DNA of 25,545 nt from Macrostomum lignano (lineage: Eukaryota): NCBI GenBank assembly GCA_002269645.1, contig NIVC01000962.1, forward strand, positions 372,226-397,770. The letters run 5' to 3'. Numbering within the stretch: the first letter of the stretch is position 1; each line of letters opens with the position of its first letter. Both the position numbers and the translations under genes were made by a program. Below are positions 1 to 10,027 of this stretch, piece by piece. Under the pieces are notes generated by a model, which saw only the letters and a program-made list of their open reading frames with translations, was not told the DNA's origin and ran no database searches.

Positions 1-74
<74 letters not shown>

Positions 75-75
75 C

Positions 76-132
<57 letters not shown>

Positions 133-155
133 TAGTGTCTGTCTGCCTGTCTGTA

Positions 156-203
<48 letters not shown>
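1..203. repeat. (TCTG)n microsatellite
   Basis: About 50 tetranucleotide units with few interruptions; runs off the window start. Confidence 0.98.
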
Positions 204-204
<1 letters not shown>

Positions 205-253
205 TTTATAACATCGTCGAAGACCAATTTTTAGGATTGCTAATTATTTCAGT

Positions 254-259
254 TTTATT
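254..259 (-). promoter_or_regulatory. Polyadenylation signal AATAAA for gene 2
   Basis: tttatt on the + strand, about 55 nt after the TGA at 314. Confidence 0.5.
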
Positions 260-313
260 AAGCATGCATAAACATTAAAATTATAAAACTCCAATCAACG
301 CATGCTGTCATAC

Positions 314-933
314 TCAATCGAACGCCACTCCCAGATCGGCCGGCCTGAAGTGCACTCCACCCGCCGTGAAATAGGCGTCCAGAGCCTCGTCAAGGTCGGC
401 CAGCATTTGCACAGCGCAGGGCAGCACGCTGAGCAGACCGCCTAGCAGGGCCCGCTCCGAGGTGCTGATCCGTCTGTACAGGGCTCGTGGCGCATCCGGC
501 TCAGCGGGTTCGAGTCGGCCAGCACCTCTCGAATCTCAGACATCAAGTTGTCAATCTCCGATCGTCGCTCCACTTGCACGGCGTCTCTCCGCCTACTCGA
601 AGCTGTCTCAGCGGTTCCAACGCGCCGCTCTCCAAGGCGTCCGTTGCCATGCCAACCTGACTCAACGCGTCCAAATATTCGTCGGCGTAGCGCGCGTCCG
701 GACACCGGGCCAGCTCCGGCCGGCCAGTGCGAAGCTGCCTGAACTCGGCCAGAGATTCAAGTGGGGCCAAGCGGCCGCCGCCGACTAGCAGTTTAGCGTA
801 GTTGATGAGGCCAGTCAAGTTGGACTCGAAGTGCGACTCGAGCTGGCGGAGTCGGGGCAGCGAGCCGGCGTGGGGTGCTGAAGCCGCGACAGCTGGAATT
901 GCCGGGCCAGCCTGAGCATCCGGCAGCACTTCT
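314..933 (-). pseudogene. Gene 2 terminal exon, coding-like but split across frames by three single-base shifts
   Basis: GC-rich, with the third-position G/C bias moving between frames at about 872-875, 585-600 and 481-486. It has a pyrimidine-tract acceptor at 934 and a stop plus AATAAA downstream. It is typed as pseudogene only because the frame is broken; sequencing error is equally possible. Confidence 0.55.
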
Positions 934-3900
934 CTGCGGGTCGGGGGAGAAATGGGTCTTGGGAATGTCGGAACGGTTATCACAGATGTCGGAACTTGTA
1001 CTAGAGATGTCGGAACGGCGGAACGGTTATTACAGATGTCGGAACGGCTTTTACAGATGTCGGAACGGTTATTACAGATGTCGGAACGGGTATTACAGAT
1101 GTTGGAACGGTTTTTACAGATGTCAGAACGGGTGTTACAGATGTCGGAACGGGTATTACAGATGTCGGAACGGTTATTACAGATGTCGGAACGGGTATTA
1201 CAGATGTCGGAACGGGTATCAAAGATGTCGGAACGGTTATTACAGATGTCAGAACGGTTATTACAGATGTTGGAATGGGTATTACAGATGTCGAAACAGG
1301 TATTAGAGATGTCGGAACGGGTATTACAGATGTCGGAACGGTTTTTACAGATGTCAGAACGGGTATTACAGATGTCGGAACGGGTATTACAGATGTCGGA
1401 ACGGGTATTAGAGATGTCGGAACGGGTATTAAAGATGTCGGAACGGTTATTACAGATGTCGGAACGGGTATTAAAGATGTCGGAACGGGTATTACAGATG
1501 TCGGAACGGGTATTAAAGATGTCGGAACGGTTATTACAGATGTCTGAACGGTTATTACAGATGTCGAATGGGTATTACAGATGTCGAAACAGGTATTAGA
1601 GATGTCGGAACGGGTATTACAGATGTCGGAACGGGTATTAGAGATGTCGGAACGGGTATTACAGATGTCGGAACGGTTATTACAGATGTCGGACGGGTAT
1701 TACAGATGTCGGAACGGGTATTAGAGATGTCGGAACGGGTATTACAGATGTCGGAACGGTTATTACAGATGTCGGAACGGGTATTACAGATGTCGGAACG
1801 GGTATTACAGATGTCGGAACGGTATTACAGATGTCGGAACGGGTATTACAGATGTCGGAACGGGTATTACAGATGTCGGAACGGTTATTACAGATGTCGG
1901 AACGGGTATTACAGATGTCGGAACGGGTATTACAGATGTCGGAACGGTTATTACAGATGTCGGAACGGGTATTAGAGATGTCGGAACGGTTTTACAGATG
2001 TCGGAACGGGTATTAGAATAGACAGTAGGGGCGAGTGTAGCCAGGGTAGAAGATAGGCACAGGGATGTTCAAGTACAAACCATCGCTGCTCATGTCGAAC
2101 TGCCAAGGCATTCTTCCGTCCTTCCATTCCTGCTCAACACAGTCGAGCTCTCCAGTCCAGTAGCGAACTTTCATATTGAGCTCTTTTAAGAGCAATTTTT
2201 TCAACGACACTGGATTAACGAAACAGTTGACTAATTCTCGTTCGAGTTGACCGGAAAGGGCATCGGAGCGCAGCTGCGTTAAACCGGACAGGTCCATTGG
2301 GCACAGGATGCAGAGACAGTCTGTAACAGAACCAGAGTAAAATTAGTTACTGGTCCTGTCTAACATGTACAGCTCGTGTCTAACAGGTACAGCTCCTGCC
2401 TAACATATACACCTCCTGTCTAACATGTACACCTCCTGTCTAACATGTACAGCTCCTGTCTAACATGATCAGCACCTGTCTAACATGTACAGCTCTTGTC
2501 TAACAGGTAAATCTCCTATCCAACAGGTACATGTAGAACTCCTATCTAACAGGTAAATCTCCTATCTAACAGGTAAATCTCCAGTCTAACAGGTAAATCT
2601 CCTATCCAACAGGTACATGTAGAACTCCTATCTAACAGGTAAATCTCCTATCTAACAGGTAAATCTCCAGTCTAACAGGTAAATCTCCTATCCAACAGGT
2701 ACATGTAGAACTCCTATCTAACAGGTAAATCTCCTATCTAACAGGTAGAACTCCTATCTAACAGGTAGAACTCCTATCCAACAGGTAAATCTCCTATCTA
2801 ACAGGTAAATCTCCTATCTAACAGGTAGAACTCCTATCTAACAGGTAAATCTCCTATCTAACAGGTAGAACTCCTATCTAACAGGTAAATCTCCTATCTA
2901 ACAGGTAGAACTCCTATCTAACAGGTAAATCTCCTATCTAACAGGTAGAACTCCTATCTAACAGGTAGAACTCCTATCCAACAGGTAGAACTCCTATCCA
3001 ACAGGTAAATCTCCTATCTAACAGGTATTCGACAAAAGTACATTCTGTCCAAGAAAACTACGCTCGTAAACTCTGCCGCACGCAAACCTGATACACAAAA
3101 AAACGAAACCCGTAGGAAATGCTATGAAAGAAAGTTGAGACTTCAGTTTGTCGCAACCTCTCTAGTTGCGAAGATTAGATTTCTAAGAAAACACAGCGCA
3201 GTCAAACCGCAATACTTACAGTCAGCTGAGCATAGCCTGCAATACTGATTGCGTTTAATTTCGCACTGCTGTTTGCTAAAGATCCGAGTAGAAGAGATTA
3301 ATTCAATTATAAGCCTAAAGCTTAGGCATCGGTCTTTATCGGCGAGAAAAACTTAGCAATCTTTACTACCCAAAACATAACGGTGCAGACTTGGCAGTCA
3401 TGTATTTAACGGCAATCGGATAAGAGTCTAGCTCTCATGGCAACAATATTTAAAACAAGCAACTCTCTATCTCACTGCCTCCATCTCAGTCCCTCTATCT
3501 CACTGCCTCCATCTCAGTCCCTCTATCTCACTGGCTCTATCTCAGTCCCTCTATCTCAGTCCCTCTATCTCAGTCCCTCTACCTCAGTCCCTCTATCTCA
3601 GTCCCTCTATCTCAGTCCCTCTACCTCAGTCCCTCTATCTCAGCCCCTCTATCTCAGTCCCTCTATCTCAGTTCCTCTATCTCAGTCCCTCTATCTCAGT
3701 CCCTCTATCTCAGTCCCTCTATCTCAGGCCCTCTATCTCAGTCCCTCTATCTCAGTCCCTCTATCTCAGTCCCTCTATCTCAGTCCCTCTATCTCACTGC
3801 CTCTATCTCAGTCCCTCTATCTCACTGGCTCTATCTCACTCCACGTTGTGCCTTTTAAAGCAAGCATCTCACCATCTGTGAACCCTTCAATGGTAGTTCG

Positions 3901-4812
3901 CAGCAGCAGTCCCCGCTTGCAGAAATATCTACGCAGCCGCAGCAGGTCAGACTTTTGCAGTAGAGCGGCGAATTTCTCAACCAAGCTGACCAGAAAGTAC
4001 TGCCGGGAGCCCAGCTGCTCAGGGTGCAGCGGCTTGGCGTCTATGATGTCCAGGTGGATGGCTATATCGCCTGGGAATCGCGGAGAAGGGTTGAGTTTCA
4101 GAAATGGTGATGTGAACAAAATGGATGGAAAATTTGGTTCAGTCAGACAGCTAAGCAGTGTTGCACTTCATGCAGCAAGAGAGCCCCTTTCTTGAAGAGA
4201 GGTTCTGATTTCTTAGAAAAGTTCGCACTAAGCACTAATTTCTTAGAAAGGAGCCAGTTCCTGGAAATAGGTGTCAAAATCGCAGAAATAAATGCTTAAT
4301 ACTTTAAAAGAGGTGCTCAATTCGTGGAAACAGGTGCCACATTCTTGGAAAAAGGTTCTGATTTCTTGAAAAGAGGTACTGATTTCTTGGAAAGAGGTTC
4401 TGATTTCTTGGAAAGAGGTTCTGATTTCTTAAAAAGAGGTACTGATTTCTTGGAAAGAGGTTCTGATTTCTTGGAAAGAGGTTCTGATTTCTTGGAAATA
4501 GGTTCTGATTTCTTGGAAATAGGTGCTAATTTCTTGGAAATCGGTACTGATTTCTTGAAATGAGACGCTGATTTCTTGGAAAGAAATGCTAATTTCTTGG
4601 AAGACGCGTTGGTTTCATAGAAAGAGGTGCTCGGTTTCATCTTGGAATGAGCTTCTTTTTCAGGGAAAGAGACATCACTTTATTAGAAATAGGTGCCCAA
4701 TTACTCGTCAACGTACGATGGTTGTCTCTGTCTTTAGAGATTCCTCTAATAATCTTAGAGGACTATACTTACCTGGTTTTCTATTGTAGTGAGGCTGAGC
4801 GGACCAGGCCAT
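314..4812 (-). CDS. Uncharacterised spliced gene, about 375 aa: TRADD-N/DEDD-C-like domain plus C-terminal helical domain; last exon frameshifted (assembly error or pseudogene)
   Basis: Model: 4812-4773 (MAWSAQPHYNRKP, donor CCAG|GTAAGT), 4070-3840 (acceptor ttcccag|GC, donor TGGA|GTGAGA), 2320-2081 (acceptor ctgttacag|AC, donor GATG|GTTTGT) and 933-314 (acceptor cccgacccgcag|AG, TGA at 316-314, AATAAA at 259-254). All introns are phase 1. The segment DLSGLTQLRSDALSGQLERELVNCFVNPVSLKKLLLKELNMKV resembles by eye the helix-G-helix-strand pattern of the DEDD C-terminus and TRADD-N. The start codon and the exon 3 donor are inferred. Confidence 0.65.
964..2016. repeat. 21-bp minisatellite ATGTCGGAACGGGTATTACAG (about 50 copies), gene 2 intron 3
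   Basis: Direct periodicity with occasional 20-bp units; produces the MSERVLQ / CRNGYYR pseudo-ORFs. Confidence 0.97.
2081..2320 (-). CDS. Gene 2 exon 3 (NCLCILCPMDL...FDMSSD), core of the TRADD-N-like domain
   Basis: Clear acceptor at 2321, in frame with exon 2. The donor GTTTGT at 2080 is inferred from phase compatibility with exon 4; the alternative is read-through to TAA at 2013. Confidence 0.7.
2356..3027. repeat. 20-bp minisatellite CTAACAGGTAAATCTCCTAT (degenerating to CTAACATGTACAGCTCCTGT), gene 2 intron 2
   Basis: About 33 units; sequence gradient from left to right. Confidence 0.95.
3463..3840. repeat. 14-bp minisatellite CTCTATCTCAGTCC, gene 2 intron 2
   Basis: About 27 units abutting the exon 2 donor. 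Confidence 0.95.
3840..4070 (-). CDS. Gene 2 exon 2 (GDIAIHLD...LKGTTW)
   Basis: 231 nt, open, GC3-rich, phase 1/1, canonical splice sites. Confidence 0.75.
4195..4640. repeat. 21-bp minisatellite GAAAGAGGTTCTGATTTCTTG, gene 2 intron 1
   Basis: Homogeneous core at 4340-4580 with degenerate flanks. Confidence 0.9.
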
Positions 4813-4881
4813 TGTTGCTTGTATAAGACTTCTTCAATTTCGGCGTCTATCACAATATTGAATGGGTAGATACTCGTGAAG
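4773..4881 (-). CDS. Gene 2 exon 1 (start exon or internal coding exon)
   Basis: Acceptor-like ataaaag|C at 4881, strong donor CAG|GTAAGT, and an ATG in good context (acaATGG) at 4812 in the frame that joins exon 2. A different frame is fully open (FTSIYPF...TIENQ). Confidence 0.5.
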
Positions 4882-5239
4882 CTTTTATATACATGCGAGT
4901 GAAAGTGAAGTAATACAAGCACTCACTTTATTCACTCTTGCAACTCTTAACAAATTGTTTTATTGCATCGTGAGAATAAGAATTGGCATGGCAAGAAATA
5001 GAAAAATGTTTACCACACACTTGTTAATATAGCTTACAATTAATTACAAGCACTTCTGCTTGCTTCTTTCTTTATTGTTAACAGCCAAGAGCTCTATATA
5101 CATGTAAATTTGTATGCACTGCGCTTCTACGAGTTCAAACGAATAGATGTGCTAATAAAAACTGCTCAAAGCGGCCACACACGAAGGTATTGTTCTGTCT
5201 GCTTTGAGCTTTTTAAATGGAAGCAACCAGCACGATTGG

Positions 5240-6536
5240 AGTGCGATTCTGTGAATGCGGTTGGAGAGCGGTTTTGTGAATGGGAGTTGGAGGGCGATTC
5301 TGTGAATGGGGGTTGGAGGGCGATTCTGTGATGGGGTTGGAGGGCGGTTCTGTGATGGGGTTGGAGGGCGATTCTGTGATGGGGTTGGAGGGCGATTCTG
5401 TGAATGGGGGTTGGAGGGCGGTTCTGTGAATGGGGGTTCGAGGGCGGTTCTGTGAATGGGGGTTGGAGAGACTCCGTGAATGGGGTTGGAGAGACTCCGT
5501 GAATGGGGTTGGAGAGACTCCGTGAATGGGGTTGGAGAGACTCCGTGAATGGGGTTGGAGAGACTCCGTGAATGGGGTTGGAGAGAGATTCTGTGATGGG
5601 GTTGGAGAGAGATTCTGTGATAAGGTTGGAGAGAGATTCTGTGATGGGGTTAGAGAGAGATTCTGTGATGGGGTTGGAGAGAGATTCTGTGATGAGGTTG
5701 GAGAGAGATTCTGTGATGGGGTTGGAGGGCGTTTCTGTGAATGGGGGTTGGAGGGCGGTTCTGTGAATGGGGTTGGAGGGCGATTCTGTGAATGGGGTTG
5801 GAGGGCGATTCTGTGAATGGGGTTGGAGGGCGGTTCTGTGAATGGGGTTGGAGGGCGATTCTGTGAATGGGGTTGGAGGGCGGTTCTGTGAATTGGGTTG
5901 GAGAGACTCCGTGAATGGGTTGGAGAGACTCCATGAATGGGGTTGGAGACTCCGTGAATGGGTTGGAGAGACTCTGTGATGAGGTTGGAGAGATTCTGTG
6001 ATGAGGTTGGAGAGATTCTGTGATGAGGTTGGAGAGACTCTGGGATGAGGCTGGAGAGATTCTGTGATGAGGTTGGAGAGACTCTGTGATGAGGTTGGAG
6101 AGATTCTGTGATGAGGTTGGAGAGATTCTGTGATGAGGTTGGAGAGACTCTGTGATGAGGTTGGAGAGATTCTGTGATGAGGTTGGAGAGATTCTGTGAT
6201 GAGGTTGGAGAGACTCTGGGATGAGGCTGGAGAGTGACTCTGTGATGAGGTTGGAGAGAGATTCTGTGATGGGGTTGGAGAGAGACTCTGTGATGAGATT
6301 GGAGAGATTCTGTGATGAGGTTGGAGAGACTCTGGGATGAGGCTGGAGAGTGACTCTGTGATGGGGTTGGAGAGAGATTCTGTGATGGGGTTGGAGAGAG
6401 ATTCTGTGATGGGGTTGGAGAGAGATTCTGTGATGAGGTTGGAGAGAGATTCTGTGATGAGGTTGGAGAGAGATTCTGTGATGAGGTTGGAGAGAGATTC
6501 TGTGATGAGGTTGGAGAGAGATTCTGTGATGAGGTT
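5240..6536. repeat. G-rich 21-24-bp minisatellite, GGTTGGAGAGAGATTCTGTGATGA / GGTTGGAGGGCGGTTCTGTGAATGG variants
   Basis: Blocks of sub-variants; source of the 489-aa 5213-6682 pseudo-ORF. Confidence 0.95.
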
Positions 6537-7220
6537 GGTGGTTGATTGTGATGGAATGAAACCACAGCGATTTTCGGGTTTGACTTAAATGAACAATCTC
6601 TCAGCAAAACCAAATTAGAAATTGTTTTCTCACCTTGATAGTTCAGGCACTTACTAATACCGATGAATTTTCTCGAGTCCAATACGACCTCCCACGTGTA
6701 GCTACAGTGGACAGTGTTTCATTTTAATCTCCTGCCAGTCATGCAGTCAGACAGCTGAGAGCAGTCGGCTTTATTGAATGGGCCTGTCCTCAATCGCCCC
6801 TCCCACCCCGCTGGTTCAAGAGGAGCAGAGCAGAGATTTGTGCTCCGGTCGCATCGGCTGATTCTGTCCCTATAGCGGCACTGACAAAACCGCACTGCAA
6901 AAGTCCCAATAATCCCCCCGTCCTTAGTAACTGCGAGCCACGCAGAAAAGGATTGCTATTTTTTAATAGCTTCACAATGAGGGCAAAGATGAGGAGTCGC
7001 TGATGAAGGAAGCTGGGAGGGAGAGAAAAGAGATCTATGCAAGCTTTTGCTCTTGCTATTTTAAAAATAGAGATTTCATTTATTGCGGCTCATGCAATTG
7101 AATAGCTCGTACACTTTTCCACTCAGTGCACCCGCATGTTTATGGATGCACTTGTTTTCCAACCAGTTATTGATTTTGCTGAGTAAATAGCAGCTGGCAA
7201 TGCTCTTTGACTGCAGTATC

Positions 7221-7772
7221 AAAATCTCACCCCTAGGATATGACCTCCCCAAATCTCACCCCTAGGATATGACCTCCCCAAACCTCACCCCTAGGATGAC
7301 CTCCCCAAATCTCACCCCTAGGATGACCTCCCCAAATCTCTCCCCTAGGAGTGACCCCAAATCTCACCCCAGGAGTGACCTCCCCAAATCTCACCCCAAG
7401 AGTGACCTCCTAAAAGCTCAGTACAAGAGTGACCTACCCAAATCTCACTATAGGAGTGACCTCCCCAAATCTCAGTATAATAGTGACCTCCCAAATCTCA
7501 CCCCAGGAGTGACCTCCTCAAATATCACTATGGGAGTGACCTCCCCAAATCTCTCCCCTAGGAGTGACCTCCCAAATCTCACTATAGGAGTGACCTCCCA
7601 AATCTGTCTTCTAGAAGTGACCCCAAATCTCACTCCTAGGAGTGACCCCAAATCTCACCCCTAGAAGTGACCTCCCCAAATCTCACCCCTAGGAGTGACC
7701 TCCCCAAATCTCACCCCTAGGAGTGACCTCCCCAAATCTCACCCCTAGGAGTGACCTCCCCAAATCTCACCT
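7221..7772. repeat. 28-bp minisatellite CTCACCCCTAGGAGTGACCTCCCCAAAT
   Basis: About 19 units, each with an internal near-palindrome. Confidence 0.93.
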
Positions 7773-8180
7773 CAATGAAGTCACAAACTTCTCAAGGCTT
7801 TAAAAAGTTTTTAGACTTAAATAGATCGGCAAAACTTCAGTAGAAAAAAATATTTCCAAGGTAGCGAACGCTATATTTAGTTAAATTGTTTCTGAAACAA
7901 TGACAGAGAAAAATCGCACTTATTTAACCAGATTGAACTTTTGATTAGTTTAAACAAATAATAAAGAATCAGATTCGAAACGAAAAAAACACATGAAAAG
8001 CAATAGAGAATATCTTTGATAATTAAATGAGACACTAATATTTCTGGCTTCAAATCGTTGCGAGATTTCAGGAGTTTACCGGCAAAGGAGAATGAAATAA
8101 AAAAAAATGAAACCCATGGCTGCGCTTTCAGATTGTCAACTGAAAGATTGACGAATCGCGTTAGTTGAAACTAGAAAATT

Positions 8181-8560
8181 GGAGATGAGAGATGGAGAGG
8201 AGAAGAGTGAAGTGGAGAGACGGTGAAGAGAGGAGAGGAGAGAGGAGAGGAGAGATGGTGAGAGGAGAGGAGGGGAAAGGAGGGAGGGGAGAGGAAAGAG
8301 AAGAGGAGAAGAGATGGTGAGAGAGGAGAGGGAAGAGGAGAGTAGAGGAGAGAGGAGAGAAGAGAGGAGGGGAGAGAAGAGATGGTGAGAGGAGAGGAAA
8401 GGGGAGGAGACAAGAGATGGTGAGAGGAGAGGAAAGGGGAGGAGAGAAGAGTAGAGAAGAGAGGGGAGGAGGGGAGGAGAGGAGAGGAGAGGAGAGGAGA
8501 GGAGAGGAGAGAGGAAAGGAGGGGAGAGGAGATATAAGAGAGAGAGACAGGGTTTTTAAG
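8181..8560. repeat. Polypurine (GAGAG/GGAGA) low-complexity tract
   Basis: Almost only A/G on the + strand. Confidence 0.95.
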
Positions 8561-9180
8561 CATAGAAATCATAAGATAGAGCCTTATAGCAGACAATGCA
8601 GTCGCGGAGGCAGCTCAATAATGTGCAGCATATATGAAAGCTGATAAAAAAGCATCTAAAAGTGCATCTAGTCTAAATCCGGTTTTGCTAAAAAAGAGCC
8701 AAACATTTCGGGGAATTTTCGGATAAGCAAAAAAAGAGCAGAGAAAGAAAACGATTTCGTTGAACGACAGCTACCTTAAATAAAGGTAACCGGCAGGTAT
8801 CCCGCAAGAAAGTCTGACTAAATATTCAGTTAGCGCATACGCTGGTATGGACTTTTCTAATAACATTAAAATTAATAAAGTATGCGCTTGTAAGCCTACT
8901 CATAGTAACACTATTGGGACGACGCAAGATAAATCAGTAGTATTGGAGGATTTGTACGACCGAAAAAATTCAAGTCGAAAAAATATTCTAAGAAAATCTC
9001 TAACAGTACAAAAAGAATTAAAGACTAATAAAGAAGTTCATAGTAAAACTAGGAGGAAATTTTATGATAAATTACGTCAGGAAAGTGTGTTCAATCTATA
9101 GGAGCCATTGCTCTGTTACATAAAAACTCTGAAAATACAATATTAGACGTTAATTATGACAAATAAAAACATAAGGCATC

Positions 9181-9787
9181 AATAATCTCACCCTCAAAAG
9201 ATAGATGCATGGATAATCTCACCCTCACAAGATAGAGACATGGATAATCTCACCCTCACAAGATAGATGCATGGATAATCTCACCCTCACAAGATAGATG
9301 CATGGATAATCTCACCCTCACAAGATAGATGCATGGATAATCTCACCCTCACAAGATAGAGACATGGATAATCTCACCCTCACAAGATAGATGCATGGAT
9401 AATCTCACCCTCACAAGATAGATGCATGGATAATCTCACCCTCGCAAGATAGAGACATGCATAATCTCACCCTCACAAGATAGAGACATGCATAATCTCA
9501 CCCTCACAAGATAGAGGCATGGATAATCTCACCCTCACAAGATAGAGGCATGCATAATCTCACCCTCACAAGATAGAGGCATGGATAATCTCACCCTCAC
9601 AAGATAGAGACATGCATAATCTCACCCTCACAAGATAGAGGCATGGATAATCTCACCCTCACAAGATAGAGGCATGGATAATCTCACCCTCACAAGATAG
9701 AGGCATGGATAATCTCACCCTCACAAGATAGAGGCATGGATAATCTCACCCTCACAAGATAGAGGCATGGATAATCTCACCCTCAAA
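9181..9787. repeat. 31-bp minisatellite GGATAATCTCACCCTCACAAGATAGA(T/G)GCAT, just 3' of NAPRT
   Basis: About 19.5 highly homogeneous units with exact 31-bp spacing. Confidence 0.97.
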
Positions 9788-9818
9788 AGTTAGCAAAGTC
9801 CAACAAGTAGGCATTAAT

Positions 9819-9824
9819 TTTAAT
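9819..9824 (-). promoter_or_regulatory. Candidate NAPRT polyadenylation signal (ATTAAA)
   Basis: ATTAAA on the minus strand about 20 nt after the stop and just before the 31-bp array. Supported by position only. Confidence 0.3.
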
Positions 9825-9841
9825 TGGCGCTCAAAACAAAG

Positions 9842-10027
9842 TCAACTCAGCTCCATAATGGGAGCGCTCTCCAACCAGAGCTTGTGTGTGAACTGGTAGA
9901 GCTGCTCAGAAACAGACACCTTGTAAGGCGTGGGATTGAGAAACCTCTTGTGATCCGTGCGCAGAGTCACAAGGGAAGCGGCGGCGTGCTCTCGTATGGA
10001 CTCCAGATTGGGAAGTTCCGACATCAC
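9842..10027 (-). CDS. NAPRT: NAPRT terminal exon 7 ([13 protein letters not shown]...APIMELS*)
   Basis: Acceptor aaccacag|GTG, TGA stop at 9844-9842, family C-terminus [11 protein letters not shown]. Confidence 0.95.
   Translation of the reverse strand: MMSELPNLESIREHAAASLVTLRTDHKRFLNPTPYKVSVSEQLYQFTHKLWLESAPIMELS

Noticed and set aside
643-656. Near-perfect X-box GTTGCCATGCCAAC
   Set aside because: It lies inside coding-like sequence (VGMAT codons) of a terminal exon and is explained by the protein sequence.
875-2016. ORFs MSERVLQ..., CRNGYYR..., GITDVGT... (up to 215 aa)
   Set aside because: They are translations of the 21-bp array. Frames are broken by 20-bp units, and the array lies antisense inside gene 2 intron 3.
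2013-2080. Gene 2 ending at GLYLNIPVPIFYPGYTRPYCLF* (192-aa protein)
   Set aside because: The TAA is supplied by the first minisatellite unit, and a phase-compatible donor (G|GTTTGT) links to a coding-like exon with its own stop and poly(A) signal. It is kept only as a possible short isoform.
2356-3027. Repeated AACAG|GTAAAT (recursive-splice-like) motif and a supposed antisense bias of splice-like words in arrays
   Set aside because: The motif is antisense to the host gene, and the sense strand of the same array also contains acceptor-like CCTGTTAG, so no consistent bias holds.
3437-4195. 252-aa + strand ORF
   Set aside because: The first half is the 14-bp array and the second half is the antisense shadow of gene 2 exon 2.
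5213-6682. 489-aa S/P/Q-rich minus-strand ORF (mucin-like)
   Set aside because: It is almost entirely the G-rich minisatellite, wandering between repeat registers, and starts at TTG.
4100-6930. TGA-to-Trp genetic code variant, suggested by several frames interrupted only by TGA
   Set aside because: NAPRT in the same window ends at TGA and uses TGG for every Trp. The TGA-only frames were selected after the fact and have simpler explanations (UTR or indels).
8847-9101. 84-aa Lys-rich + strand ORF
   Set aside because: AT-rich composition unlike the GC3-rich true exons, with no recognisable motif or splice support.
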